From Candidatus Latescibacterota bacterium (GTDB taxonomy: Bacteria; Latescibacterota; UBA2968), in assembly GCA_965222605.1 (NCBI GenBank), contig OZ244960.1, forward strand, positions 3,424,001 to 3,488,000: 64,000 nucleotides of DNA, given 5' to 3'. The stretch's first letter is position 1, and the number at the start of each line of letters is the position of its first letter. Both the position numbers and the translations under genes were made by a program. The notes beneath the pieces were generated by a model. The model searched no databases and was not told where the DNA came from. It worked only from the letters and a program-made list of their open reading frames with translations. Positions 11,101 through 20,595 of the stretch are shown here, piece by piece.

Positions 11101-11335
11101 TATTATTCCGGGCACGCGAACGGAAATCAATGTCACGGTGATCAATCTCTTCAATCAGAAACAACTGCGCCTCCCCTCGGGCAACAATCTGCAGCAATAC
11201 CACGAGCAGGGCAGGCTGCCATTTGTCGTGTATGGCATCGGCGACTTCCGGGAGGAAGAGGACGATGTCTGGCGTTGGTACAACCAGCGGCAGATGCCGC
11301 GCGAGGTGATATTTGGCGTTCAGGTGAGGTGGTAG
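8126..11335 (+). CDS. TonB-dependent receptor with N-terminal carboxypeptidase-regulatory-like domain
   Basis: AGGAGG RBS, signal peptide, GTTGKLTGTV..LPGANV, plug IRGG/YYVDG/SGGYNAEYG, SPRIGISHPI, terminal FGVQVRW. Confidence 0.92.
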   Translation: MKKIAIVFLVILCSASMVYAGTTGKLTGTVKDAAGQVLPGANVVVQVEGILVGASTDAKGQFFILAVPPGLHTVKASMVGYQDVTQTEVRVKIDQTSTLYFSLREEVLAAEELVVVAERPPVEVDLTGSKAVMSSIELDRSFVASIKEAVDTQQGVNYNGGIRGGFGLDVSYYVDGMELRDGASNSNWTGINTSTVQELEVLSGGYNAEYGRANGAVINMVTKSSRTRVHSTLDYKMRPAGIYHWGGHIYGPERYENRVMSNPDWWNNHPPPGWFGTGHVTAADEYKKGLRDNRDGVNTTLAQHWIMNYLTLPWIQDLKEYDKRTQHGYEGTLYGPLTKRASFMASGRYHKGVPKYPSALNYNPEWNLQGSLTFDVTQNSRVKLQGMHGGFNNTDQFRTLYGSSEDNGLWQNRSGAHIAYPSNSWKFFPFVAQGTPSPTPRSPEYVRMWSGQAKLIHIFDPRTFLDVNLSYFWYFREANYRRDNLWKTSHAAYSKGFDWNEVLVEEENKRLTRGTPFRGVGRISGVPGWGLNYPGDHAQDYAKAYNYTIKADFTKQVDEVHQLKAGLYGSYQFFDRYFHFGYISTAWVTDPIARDTNPYEGAIYIQDKIETRGMIVNAGLRVDMYNVNAYVGDDVFDPLRIDEDTPGNVKQSEISIGDPYGYKNISSTDEFAVHTPTQWAISPRIGISHPITDKTVLHFMYGHFNQRPSWQKMTNTPFMQLRPYPETDPILTPLPADYGQKYGYSYTHWAGAGNPGLEFEKMIQYEVGFDQNIAELLNLDVTLYYKDGKNLTAAGFKNDESFLAYYGTYTGTGHRLFPDFNGLGSRGPGKSGSLVVNGNMFFQDVRGLEITMDSRFRQYAHFKFHYNLSYSNTGIYGLRNVYRVQPDGQKARPDSRHGANNRDKGVSGRDNAYWNPRNSAKLTATVFTPANFGPVVGGWRPLGDWNANLHSTWNQGFKYTYHSPGDPSTEPLNMRWKPMWNTNMMVSKGFDNIIPGTRTEINVTVINLFNQKQLRLPSGNNLQQYHEQGRLPFVVYGIGDFREEEDDVWRWYNQRQMPREVIFGVQVRW

Positions 11336-11368
11336 AGCCGTTTATAGCCGAAAGGAGAGAAGTGATTT

Positions 11369-13486
11369 ATGCGCTCAGATTTCAGGCGGTTTAGATGGGC
11401 ACTGTTGACCTCGCTGCTCGGGTTGGCGGTTGCCGCGTCCGCGGTGCGGGCACAGAATGTGAATAACGAGGCCCTGACACGGGCGAAAATGTGGATGGAA
11501 TCCTATGAAGCGGGCATTCCGGTTTCGGGCAGTATTGCAGGATGCGGACAGATCTCGTATCCCGGTTATCAGGGGAGTCTCAAAAATTCTTTGAATGGTG
11601 CGGGTTCCTGGACCACAGGCTCGGTGCGGGCGGTGCGGAACGACAGCTCTTTCGTGCATGGGTTTGATGGCAACCAGTACCAGCCTCCCTGGGTCAGCAT
11701 CGGTGAACCCACGAGGATTATTAAGAATTACAATTTTGTTGAAAGGGGTATCCATTTCCCGGAAGAGGTTATGGAGGGGGGGCTGATTTCGAATCATACC
11801 GGGTGGCCCCCTGGAACCGACGCAGACAACCTGAAGTATATCCTCAGGTCCCGAAGTATGGTCTGGAGCATTCCCAAATATGACGATTTCGTCATTACGG
11901 AATACACGATTATCAATGACGACGCAGCCCCTTTTCGCAACATGTTCTTCATCCACAGCTTTACGGTGCAGGTCACGCGGCAGGGCCGCGTTGGAGAGTT
12001 GAAAACCCAGTATGATACCGAATATATCTGGGATGAAAAACGAGAGGTCTTCGTGTTCTACGATGATAACTCCATTCCGATCAATACCGAGCGGGCAGTC
12101 GTTTACGATATCGCACCGGGTAATGTCACGGGAGATGTTGGAGATCCGGGCAATATCAAGAGCCAGGGATCGATCGACTATCAGCTCTATTCTCCCCAGG
12201 TCGTCGGACACGGGTTTGTGGATGTGCCGCCCAATGCGTTCGGCGAGTCTAAGGTACACCACTCAATCACCAATTACGACTGGAGTCTTTCCCCCACTGG
12301 CGTACATCCGACGGCGCCAGAGGCGGAAAATGCAAAATGGGTGTGGGGAACAGGCCGTCCAAATGTGTTAAACCTCGATATCCGTTCGGATATGCCCAGT
12401 CCGTTCGCCTATTCCCAGTCGAAAATGAGCTATCGGGCAGCCGCACAGGATCCAACGACTACAGATGGTGGCATCTACGAACGATGGCCGGTCTATGCTA
12501 TGGCCATTGGACCGTACAATCTGGCCCCCGGAGAGTCGATCACATTTACCCGGATCATGTGTGCCGGGGAAATGGACCGCAACCTCGCTATGCTGGGCGG
12601 CGAAGCGGCCACGCAACTGATCGACATGGACTTTGCAAGTGAGGTGGAAGGAGCGAGTAATGAACACGCTTCCATCAAGGAATTTCGCAAGAACTGGGAC
12701 GCGGCCCTGGAATTGATCGAAACCAGGAACGCGACGGGCTTTTACACCCCGGCTGTGGTTCCCCCGCCTACCGTGGGCAATCCGCCCAAGATGCTTTTGG
12801 GTGATGAACTGGAAGCGGAGATTTTCAAATCCGAGGAAGGCGGGTCGTTCAAGTCCGGCGTCGAACTCCGGTGGATACCCGTTGCGAGCAATTATGTAGA
12901 TCCGCTCACGGGCGAAGCCGATTTTGCAGGCTACAAGGTGTATTCGTCCCCCGTCGGCATCGAAGGTCCCTGGGAGTTGCGGGCCACCATCAACAAAGGC
13001 CAGGAGAACATCCAGGACGGGCGGGTGGTTTTCCCACTTGAAACCGATCCCGGCATTCCACTGCGCTATGGCGTGACCAGTTTTGATACGCAAGGACTGG
13101 AAAGCGGCATGACGGCTTATACCTACGATTCGATCACGTCGAAGCGAGCACCCTCAAACGTTTTTGAAGATGTGCGCGTGGTGCCCAATCCCTTCCGACA
13201 GGTCAGTGGACATCCCGATCCCGGGCAGGCCAAGCGGTTGACATTTGTGAATGTGCCGTCGCAATGTACTGTTCGTATCTACAATCTGGCGGGAGATTTG
13301 ATTCGCACCATCCAGCACAATGACGGATTCGGCGAAGAAGCCTGGGGATCGACCACGGATAACGATTATATGCTCACGCGGTTTTTCCACAATGTGATGC
13401 CAGGGCTTTATATTTATCAGATAACTTCGGAAGTGCCCGGACATGAAGGCGAATCTGCTACGGGCAAATTCGTCGTCATCAAATAA
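11369..13486 (+). CDS. Secreted protein with T9SS-CTD/FlgD-like C-terminal domain
   Basis: Signal peptide; C-terminus VVPNPF..LTFVNVP..TVRIYNLAGDLIRTI..W..PGLYIY..GKFVVIK. Confidence 0.75.
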   Translation: MRSDFRRFRWALLTSLLGLAVAASAVRAQNVNNEALTRAKMWMESYEAGIPVSGSIAGCGQISYPGYQGSLKNSLNGAGSWTTGSVRAVRNDSSFVHGFDGNQYQPPWVSIGEPTRIIKNYNFVERGIHFPEEVMEGGLISNHTGWPPGTDADNLKYILRSRSMVWSIPKYDDFVITEYTIINDDAAPFRNMFFIHSFTVQVTRQGRVGELKTQYDTEYIWDEKREVFVFYDDNSIPINTERAVVYDIAPGNVTGDVGDPGNIKSQGSIDYQLYSPQVVGHGFVDVPPNAFGESKVHHSITNYDWSLSPTGVHPTAPEAENAKWVWGTGRPNVLNLDIRSDMPSPFAYSQSKMSYRAAAQDPTTTDGGIYERWPVYAMAIGPYNLAPGESITFTRIMCAGEMDRNLAMLGGEAATQLIDMDFASEVEGASNEHASIKEFRKNWDAALELIETRNATGFYTPAVVPPPTVGNPPKMLLGDELEAEIFKSEEGGSFKSGVELRWIPVASNYVDPLTGEADFAGYKVYSSPVGIEGPWELRATINKGQENIQDGRVVFPLETDPGIPLRYGVTSFDTQGLESGMTAYTYDSITSKRAPSNVFEDVRVVPNPFRQVSGHPDPGQAKRLTFVNVPSQCTVRIYNLAGDLIRTIQHNDGFGEEAWGSTTDNDYMLTRFFHNVMPGLYIYQITSEVPGHEGESATGKFVVIK

Positions 13487-13516
13487 CCCTGTTACGGATA
13501 ATTGGAGGGCATAATA

Positions 13517-14584
13517 ATGAATCGCCATTTCTACATCTTATTCGCAATATTGGCCGTATTCGTCCTGCCGCACAGGGCCAGCGGGCAGAGCACCTACGGC
13601 GAACAGGCATTTGGCCTGGGCATTTCGCCAGCGCCTTTTGAACGCGTTGGCATGTCCGGTTGGCAGTTTCTGAAAATTCCGACCAGTGCCCGCATCGCTG
13701 CTATGGGCGGTGTGGCTACCGCCATCAGCCACGGCGATGCCAGTTTTGCATTCAACAATCCGGCTTCTACAACAGATGTTGAAGACTTAGATATTTTCGT
13801 GGGTAGAATCAACTGGATTGCCGATATCGGATACAATGTGGGCAGTGTTGTCAAAAACCTGGACCAGTGGGGCTATGTGGGGATCAACGCGACCGCTCTG
13901 GATTACGGCACAATGTACCGCACAGAAAATATTGAAGTTCTGGATGCTGCGGGCAGGCGCACTGGCAACGTATCCATCAATCTGGACGAAGGCACATTTA
14001 GCGGCGGCAATCTCTCCATTGGCCTGACTTATGGCAGGAAAGTGACAGACCGGCTGCAAATCGGTGGTAACCTGCGCTATATGGAAGAACAATTAGACGA
14101 TGTGCAGGGGGCAAAAACGTCCAACTGGGCACTGGATATCGGCACTGTGTATTACACGGGGATCAAAAGCTTGCGGATTGCAATGGTCGGTCGGAATTTC
14201 GGTCCGGATACGCAGTTCTCCCAATACGACGAACGCATCCAGACGCCTCCGGTCAATGTCCGCATGCCCATGACATTTTCACTGGGCGCCGCCATTGATT
14301 TGTTCGAGGATGAAGAAGATCCGCATTTCATGACCGTCGTGGGCGAATTTGTACACCCGAACGATGGTCGGGAAAAATTGAATTTTGGTGCGGAGTACAC
14401 TTATAATAATATGGGGATTTTACGGGCTGGATACAGGTACAACTACGATGAGGAGGGGTTGACGATTGGGGCGGGTGTTCGGCACAGCACAGGACAACTG
14501 GGCCTGCGCGTGGACTATGCCCTCGTGGATTTCGGGCGGTTGAACTATGTGCATCTCGTAACCCTCGGTATTACCTATAAGTAG
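13517..14584 (+). CDS. PorV/PorQ-family outer membrane barrel
   Basis: FLKIPTSARIAAMGG, NNPA, GAEY..LRAGY, DYA; third gene of the operon. Confidence 0.88.
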   Translation: MNRHFYILFAILAVFVLPHRASGQSTYGEQAFGLGISPAPFERVGMSGWQFLKIPTSARIAAMGGVATAISHGDASFAFNNPASTTDVEDLDIFVGRINWIADIGYNVGSVVKNLDQWGYVGINATALDYGTMYRTENIEVLDAAGRRTGNVSINLDEGTFSGGNLSIGLTYGRKVTDRLQIGGNLRYMEEQLDDVQGAKTSNWALDIGTVYYTGIKSLRIAMVGRNFGPDTQFSQYDERIQTPPVNVRMPMTFSLGAAIDLFEDEEDPHFMTVVGEFVHPNDGREKLNFGAEYTYNNMGILRAGYRYNYDEEGLTIGAGVRHSTGQLGLRVDYALVDFGRLNYVHLVTLGITYK

Positions 14585-14610
14585 AATCGTTCTGAGATTC
14601 GCAAGTATGG

Positions 14611-14652
14611 AACCGCCAGTGCAATAAAACCTTGCACTGGCGGTTGTTTTTT
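14611..14652 (+). terminator. Rho-independent terminator
   Basis: AACCGCCAGTGCAA / TTGCACTGGCGGTT perfect 14-bp stem followed by GTTTTTT. Confidence 0.9.
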
Positions 14653-14719
14653 GTCTGCGGTGAAGAGTGTCTTGAATTGGGTGAATCGGACGGGATACGG
14701 TTGAGCGGTTTAAAGGCTA

Positions 14720-14899
14720 TCAAGCCGGGCTGTGATGTTCTGTTCGAGAGACTACAGGGGCAACCTCTCGAATGGCATCCCAATCAATCACAGCAACCCA
14801 CAAATTTTCTTTTTTCGAGTATCTAACCACACCATCAACTTCTAAATCCTCGCTGTAAAGGATCGGTGATTGCCCTTCTTCCAGAAAAATTTCTGACAT
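14720..14899 (-). pseudogene. Short hypothetical fragment (LEVDGVVRYS...WVAVIDWDAIR)
   Basis: Protein-like C-terminal stretch fused to the higA ORF only through a probable frameshift. Confidence 0.3.
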
Positions 14900-15030
14900 G
14901 CAAGGTCTTCCACGGTCCCAACGCAGTTTAAACGCAACCTGCCTTGTGCATCCGCGTTGTGAAAGTCTGTGAACACTCTTGGTTTGTTCATTTTTAATTC
15001 TCCCGTGCAGGAAAGGAAATATAGCCCCTG

Positions 15031-15343
15031 TCAGGCATCTGTCAACACCTGACGCTCTAAAACGCGCACCTCGGCCCTCCAATCGCTCACCGAGGCGATC
15101 TTTCTCCAACTCCAAATTGTAGCGCGTCTGCAGATTGAGCCAGAACTGATCTGTGGTCCCGAAGTATCGCGCCAGCCGAAGTGCTGTGTTTGCCGAAATA
15201 GCGCGTTTGCCGTGAACAATCTCGTTAATCCGGCGAGGGGGAACTGAAATGTCCTTTGCCAGACGATATTGGCTAATACTCAGAGGCTCGAGAAATTCCT
15301 CGAGCAGGATCTCTCCCGGATGAATTGGGGGCATTGTAGGCAT
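15031..15343 (-). CDS. higA: HigA family antitoxin, probable +1 frameshift near the C-terminus
   Basis: PIHPGEILLEEFL..ISQYRLAK..RRINEIVHGKRAI..ALRLARYFGTTDQFWLNLQ; removing one G in GAGGGCC gives the typical end LEAEVRVLERQVLTDA*. Confidence 0.85.
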
Positions 15344-15352
15344 AGATACCTC

Positions 15353-15394
15353 CTAATGGTAATCGACGATCCCCACCTGTTTCTGTGGTATTTC
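15353..15394 (-). pseudogene. 3' stub of higB toxin
   Basis: Encodes ..VGIVDYH* directly before the higA RBS; HigB proteins typically end VEIVDYH. Confidence 0.6.
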
Positions 15395-15396
15395 CA

Positions 15397-15756
15397 TCAC
15401 GTCTCATATTCCCTTGCCAGGAGCGTTTCGACTTTTTGTAAAACCGCATCCACTATCTCCGTGGGCAAAGGACATATCAACGATGCATTTCTCGCCTGCC
15501 AATCCATGTTCTTGACCTGATCTGACAGAATAACACCCGTCACATCTAACCCCGCAGGAATGGCGACCTCAAAGGGATATCCCTTCACTTGATTGGTAAT
15601 TGGGCAGAGTATTGCCAAATGGGTCTTGCCATTATAAGCGCCCGGTGAGAGTACAACGGCGGGGCGACGTCCGGCTTGCTCATGTCCGGCTTGTGGATTG
15701 AAGTTAATCCAGACCGCATCGCCACGCTGTGGGACGTACTCGTCTGGCTTCACCAT
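15397..15756 (-). CDS. mazF: MazF/PemK endoribonuclease toxin
   Basis: YVPQRGDAVWINFNPQAGHEQAGRRPAVVLSP..YN..CPITNQVKGYPFEV..ILSDQVKNMDWQAR. Confidence 0.95.
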   Translation of the reverse strand: MVKPDEYVPQRGDAVWINFNPQAGHEQAGRRPAVVLSPGAYNGKTHLAILCPITNQVKGYPFEVAIPAGLDVTGVILSDQVKNMDWQARNASLICPLPTEIVDAVLQKVETLLAREYET

Positions 15757-15992
15757 ATTTCACCGCCTATCGCAGGTCCAGTATCTACTTCACCGTGTAA
15801 GTTGTGTTCAGTCACCTGAGATAGAAGGTCGTCCAATTTCAATTTAGACGGTTTCACAGGTTCAATGACCAACTCCTTACCACGCAGCGATAATTCGACC
15901 GGTGAATTGGGTTCAAGCCCGATCTGGATAGCGAGTAGTTTGGGAATACGCAGGGCTAAACTATTGCCCCATTTTTGCACACGGGTTTCCAT
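15750..15992 (-). CDS. mazE: MazE (AbrB-type) antitoxin
   Basis: METRVQKWGNSLALRIPK...LDDLLSQVTEHNLHGEVDTGPAIGGEIW; AGGAGG RBS; overlaps mazF. Confidence 0.95.
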   Translation of the reverse strand: METRVQKWGNSLALRIPKLLAIQIGLEPNSPVELSLRGKELVIEPVKPSKLKLDDLLSQVTEHNLHGEVDTGPAIGGEIW

Positions 15993-16011
15993 ATTTTTCC
16001 TCCTTTGAGTA

Positions 16012-16030
16012 GTAGATACAATGAAGATAC
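16012..16030 (-). promoter_or_regulatory. Putative MazE operator
   Basis: Minus strand GTATCTTCATTGTATCTAC just upstream of the mazE RBS; resembles GTATCTAC-type mazEF operator sequences. Confidence 0.5.
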
Positions 16031-16291
16031 ATTGAGAATCGAATTTATCAAGACCGATTTTGCATATCGCGCAGTGGTAATGCGCGGTATTGCGTGCCAT
16101 ATACCAATGACAGAGAACGGCAAAAGATCGACGATCAATTTGTATTGCTCCTCGATTTTGTCACCTTTTGCTGTAATGCACAAAAACATAATCTGCCCGC
16201 ATTCTGAATGAGTAACCTTGCTTTTTGCAAATTCCGTCTTATTTTCTCAAAATCTCAAGCAAACGATTGTGAATAATAGGGGGAAATAAGA

Positions 16292-17379
16292 ATGGCTGAG
16301 CAGGTCAGCATGACGGTTCTGGTGGTCGATGACGATGCACATATTCGGTCATCGATTGGGAAGTTTCTCATTGCGAGGAGGCATACGGTTATCGAAGCGG
16401 CGGATGGCGAGAATGGCGTGGAGGTAGTGGAGAGCTAGGCCGTTGATATTGTGATTACGGATGTGAAAATGCCAGGCATGGATGGGCTTGAGGTACTCCG
16501 GCGGGTGCGATCCATTGCCCCTGAGACCGAGGTGATTGTGATTACCGGGGTAAAAGAGTCTGAGAATGCGTTTCGCGCGCTGCGAGAAGGGGCGTTTGAT
16601 TTCTTCAATAAACCCTTTAAGGTAGAGGATCTGAATGCGGCTATCCAGCGCACGGTGCGCTATCAGGTGCTTCGAAAAGAAAAGGATAGGTGGTGCAGGC
16701 GAGGCTGGATCAGCTCGAGGCGCAGGAGCGAGAGAGAAGCGGTTTGAATGCGCTGATAGGAGAGAGCTAGGCGGTTGTGAAGATGAAGGCGGAGATTCAG
16801 CAGGTAGCTGCGACTGATCATACGACGGTGCTTATTGTTGGGGAGACGGGTACGGGGAAAGAACTGGTTGCTCGAGCGGTGCATAGTGAGAGCGATCGCG
16901 CGCGCGGTCCATTTATTCCCGTGAATTGCTCTGCTATTCCAGGCAATTTGTTTGAGAGCGCGTTCTTCGGGCACAAACAGGGCGCGTTTACGGATGCGAA
17001 GACAGATCAGAAAGGCCATTTTGAACTGGCACACGGGGGTACGCTGTTTCTGGATGAGATCGGGGATATGCCGCTCGAGATGCAGGTGCGTCTATTGCGT
17101 ACGCTGGAGGATCGATGCATCCGCCCCGTGGGGGGTAGCCGAGAGATTGACGTGGATGATCTGGGTTTTGAACCGGTTGAGTGCGCCCCGATCGTAGATA
17201 GCGGCGTTGAACATGTGGTGCAATCTCTACCAGAGGCACAAATGGACCTCCCTGCGTTTGAGAGGGCACTAATTCAAGAAGCATTGCGACGAACAGAAGG
17301 GAACCAGGTCCGCGCGGCCGAGCTCCTGGGGATCTCGAGAATGGTCTTGAGATATAGAATGAAAAGGTGCGGATTGTGA
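16292..17379 (+). pseudogene. NtrC-family sigma54-dependent response regulator, degraded
   Basis: REC (VLVVDDD, TDVKMPGMDG), AAA+ (GETGTGKE, GAFTDA, LFLDEIG), Fis HTH; in-frame TAG at 16438-16440 and near 16770, frameshift near 16690, internal deletion after REIDVD. Confidence 0.88.
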
Positions 17380-17425
17380 CCCATCTCGCGCTGCGCCGTT
17401 GAATTTTTTGCGGAGGGAAAACAAA

Positions 17426-17629
17426 ATGGCAACTGGCGTAAATCAAGCAGCTTTCGCCAATCTGCGAAAACAGATCGCAAAACTAAGTCATGACCTGGTG
17501 AAATTCAGGATTGATCATGTTTCCACCATAGACTACGATACGTTGACCAAATTGACGGAATATGAGCACCGACTCCACGACCTTGATGAAGAACTAAAGG
17601 CACTTGAGGAGCCAATAGTGAGGCATTAA
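17426..17629 (+). CDS. Small hypothetical coiled-coil protein
   Basis: GGAGGG RBS, 67-aa helical ORF. Confidence 0.5.
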   Translation: MATGVNQAAFANLRKQIAKLSHDLVKFRIDHVSTIDYDTLTKLTEYEHRLHDLDEELKALEEPIVRH

Positions 17630-17703
17630 CAGGCAAATGAGGCAGCGCCCTCGGCGGGGTTAGCCCAGTCGCGCATTAATTGACGTCGATGGGAAACACT
17701 GTG

Positions 17704-18726
17704 TCAGCTTGCCTTGCCGGGCCATCCAAACGTCTCGAAAGTTTCGACTTCATCGCCCATTGGGAAGAACATCGCACCCCACTCTATCCCCCCATAACCC
17801 GAGGCTTCTTTCTCCGGAAGTTGAAGGTAGTAGGCGTATGCCCCGCCCGGCGCAATAACGATCCGCCCTGTCGCCTTCAGTTTTTCCGAATCCTTGAGGT
17901 GAATAACCACAAATCTTTGCCGTTCTATCCATACGCTCTCCACGATATCACCAAGCCGCGCGTAAATGTTGCGGATACATCGCATTGCATGCCAGCCCGC
18001 GCTTGCAACGTCCTTCCGATATTCCTCCTTGATATGAGCCATTTTTGTCACCAAAATATCGATTGTTCCATAAGTCTTGGCTATCTCCTCTGGGCTACAC
18101 GCTGATTCCTGCCAGGTCGTCTCCACCGGGCTCATCGGTAAGGCCGGATCGTTAAGCATTTCTTCAAACGACTTGTAGGCACGGCCTGTCCCGCTGTGTA
18201 TTGCAACGGATCTATCATTGTCCCCGTGGCGTCCTCCATTCCATCCACGTTCTTCCAGAGCAAGCTCTTGGACGGCTCCTTCGTCGCTGTGTTCTTGATC
18301 TTGTTTCCAAGAATCCTGTACAAGATCAGACGCCGACGATTCCTCTTCTATCCTATCATCATCTCGATCCGTGCGAAGCTTTTCCTGCGAATCCTCATCT
18401 GCTGGTTCATGGTCTTGGGTAACGGTCCTTTCCTTGGCTTGTTCCCACCCTTCGATATCTAAAGACATCACCTGTCCGTCCGAAGTTCTTGTCTCCCTGC
18501 GTCTCTCCTCCCGTTCTGTCAGACGTTCTGTCACCGTGGTCCGCTCGGAAACCGGCACTCTGGTTTCATTCATCCGTGGCGATGGCTTACTCTGGTCATC
18601 CCCAGCTTCCGCTGGCGGGGGTGCGGAACGCACCAAGCCCCCTTCCGTCCGTCTCCCTGCGTCTCTCATCATGCCCGAGATTTGCAGACTGACGGTTTCC
18701 TCATCAGCTTCTTCATTTAGAATCAT
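17704..18726 (-). CDS. Hypothetical protein with acidic low-complexity N-half, probably 5'-truncated by IS982
   Basis: 340-aa ORF whose ATG overlaps the IS982 left end. Confidence 0.45.
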   Translation of the reverse strand: MILNEEADEETVSLQISGMMRDAGRRTEGGLVRSAPPPAEAGDDQSKPSPRMNETRVPVSERTTVTERLTEREERRRETRTSDGQVMSLDIEGWEQAKERTVTQDHEPADEDSQEKLRTDRDDDRIEEESSASDLVQDSWKQDQEHSDEGAVQELALEERGWNGGRHGDNDRSVAIHSGTGRAYKSFEEMLNDPALPMSPVETTWQESACSPEEIAKTYGTIDILVTKMAHIKEEYRKDVASAGWHAMRCIRNIYARLGDIVESVWIERQRFVVIHLKDSEKLKATGRIVIAPGGAYAYYLQLPEKEASGYGGIEWGAMFFPMGDEVETFETFGWPGKAS

Positions 18727-19709
18727 GCGAATAAAGAGTTGAAAACATCGCGCTCTTGCCTATGATTGAGGTGTCAAATAATCCTCAATCCTCAAAAATA
18801 GGAGCAAGAACGCGATGGACTGGCAAGAGCGACTAATCGGTTTGTATCTGTATATTTGTGATCATTACGAGACCCATCTGTGGGTGCATGCCCAACGCTT
18901 GAGCAATAACGATGATCCCAAATTTAGCGATGAAGAAGTCCTGACCCTCTACTTATTCGGCATCATGCAAAAATACACGACGATTAAAGCCATTTACACT
19001 TATACCCAAGACCATCTCCACGACTGGTTTCCAACCTTGCCGACGTATGAAGGCTATGTGCAGCGGTTGAACCATCTGGCGGCAACCTTTTCTCCGCTCG
19101 TCGAACAAATCGTGGCGGATTGTCCCTCCTCTGAGTGCTTTTGGCACAGTCACTTAGTCGATTCCTTCCCCTGTGTCATGGCCAATGCCAAACGCAGTGG
19201 CAAGGCGTGTGTCGCCGCGCACTTAGCCAACAAGGGCTTTTGCGCCTCCAAAGGGATGTGGTATTATGGCGTCAAGCTCCATATCGTCGCAAAACGGTCA
19301 GTCAAAGGACTTCCGAAACCCGATTATATTAGTCTCACAGGCGCAGCAGACCATGATCTTTCTGCCCTGAGACCCCTCTTGCCCTATTTACACAATGGAC
19401 AACTCTATGGGGACAAAATCTACTCTGATCAGACCCTAAAAGACACCCTTTATTCAAAGCAGAACCTCGCATTTTATACACCCGTAAAAAAAAAGAAGGG
19501 GCAAGAAATCCTGCCAGCGGCCGATCAAGTCCTGTCTCGTACGGTTAGTCGAATACGGCAGCCGATTGAATCCTTGTTTCATTGGATTGATGAAAAAACC
19601 GGCATCTCAATGGCATCTAAGGTGCGCTCCTATAACGGCTTACTCGTTCATGTCTTTGGCCGTTTGGCCGCCGCTTGCTTCTTACTCGCTTTTAACTCTT
19701 AATTCGCGT
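18725..19709 (+). mobile_element. IS982-family insertion sequence
   Basis: TIRs ATGCGAATAAAGAGTTGAAA and ACGCGAATTAAGAGTTAAAA (reverse complement of right end); no clear TSD. Confidence 0.88.
18815..19702 (+). CDS. IS982-family transposase
   Basis: PKFSDEEVLT, LVDSFP, GFCASKGMWYYGVKLH, LYGDKIY, RIRQPIESLF. Confidence 0.92.
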   Translation: MDWQERLIGLYLYICDHYETHLWVHAQRLSNNDDPKFSDEEVLTLYLFGIMQKYTTIKAIYTYTQDHLHDWFPTLPTYEGYVQRLNHLAATFSPLVEQIVADCPSSECFWHSHLVDSFPCVMANAKRSGKACVAAHLANKGFCASKGMWYYGVKLHIVAKRSVKGLPKPDYISLTGAADHDLSALRPLLPYLHNGQLYGDKIYSDQTLKDTLYSKQNLAFYTPVKKKKGQEILPAADQVLSRTVSRIRQPIESLFHWIDEKTGISMASKVRSYNGLLVHVFGRLAAACFLLAFNS

Positions 19710-19992
19710 TATCAATAAAAAAGTTCCAGCGGTTGTCACCAAACTCCCTTAAAAAAAATTTGTCCGCCGGGGCTTTTAATAGTCACAAAAATCTTCAAGA
19801 TATTTTATGCGTTTGGTGACGGAAATATCATATCCAATTCAGTGTGTTTTGTCAACGGGCTATCCTCAACAACAAAGGCTTTTATGTCACAGTACTTTTC
19901 GCGACAGTTATTTGCTTTAAAGTATGGAAATTTTGTCTGAAAATGTTTATATTTAGATGTAAACACCGACAATTTGTAACATCAGGAAGGCT

Positions 19993-20595
19993 ATGGACAA
20001 ATCACAGAAACCCAGCGTTCTCGAGCTTGTAAAACAGGCAGGTATGCTGAGGCCGCGGGATCTGGACCGGTATGGGATTCCGCGCGAATACCTCAGCAGG
20101 CTCAGAAACCAGGGCCTGCTGCGTCAGGTGGGACGAGGACTTTACACCCTCCCCGATGCCGAGTGGACCGCGCATCACAGCCTGGCGGAAGCCTGCAAAA
20201 GGGTGCCTCAGGGCGTCATCTGTCTGCTCTCTGCGCTGCAGTTCCACGAACTGACCACGCAACTCCCATTTCAGGTGTGGATGGCGATTCCAAACAAAGC
20301 ACGTCAGCCCAAAGTGGATGGGCTACAGATTCGGTTTGCTCGTTTTTCAGGACCTGCCTTTGATGAGGGCATCGAAACACACACCATTGAACACATACAG
20401 GTGCGGATCTACAATCCGGCCAAGACCGTAGCGGACTGCTTCAAATACCGGAACAAAATCGGCCTGGATGTGGCTATCGAAGCCCTGCGAGACTGCATGC
20501 GAGAACGGAAAGCCACACCGGATGACCTCTGGCACTTCGCACAAATCTGTCGGATGACCAATGTGATGCGGCCCTATATGGAGGCAGTGGTATGA
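19993..20595 (+). CDS. Type IV TA antitoxin AbiEi family (wHTH regulator)
   Basis: LRQVGRGLY, GVICLLSALQFHELTTQLP, IYNPAKTVADCFKYRNKIGLDVAIEAL. Confidence 0.9.
   Translation: MDKSQKPSVLELVKQAGMLRPRDLDRYGIPREYLSRLRNQGLLRQVGRGLYTLPDAEWTAHHSLAEACKRVPQGVICLLSALQFHELTTQLPFQVWMAIPNKARQPKVDGLQIRFARFSGPAFDEGIETHTIEHIQVRIYNPAKTVADCFKYRNKIGLDVAIEALRDCMRERKATPDDLWHFAQICRMTNVMRPYMEAVV

Noticed and set aside
14720-15343. 207-aa HigA fusion protein in the ORF track
   Set aside because: Better explained by a 1-bp indel in a G-run that joins higA to an unrelated downstream fragment
19735-19965. Inverted repeats GTCACCAAAC/GTTTGGTGAC and TGTTTATA/TGTAAACA upstream of abiEi
   Set aside because: Short and in AT-rich sequence; could be AbiEi operators but cannot be supported by eye
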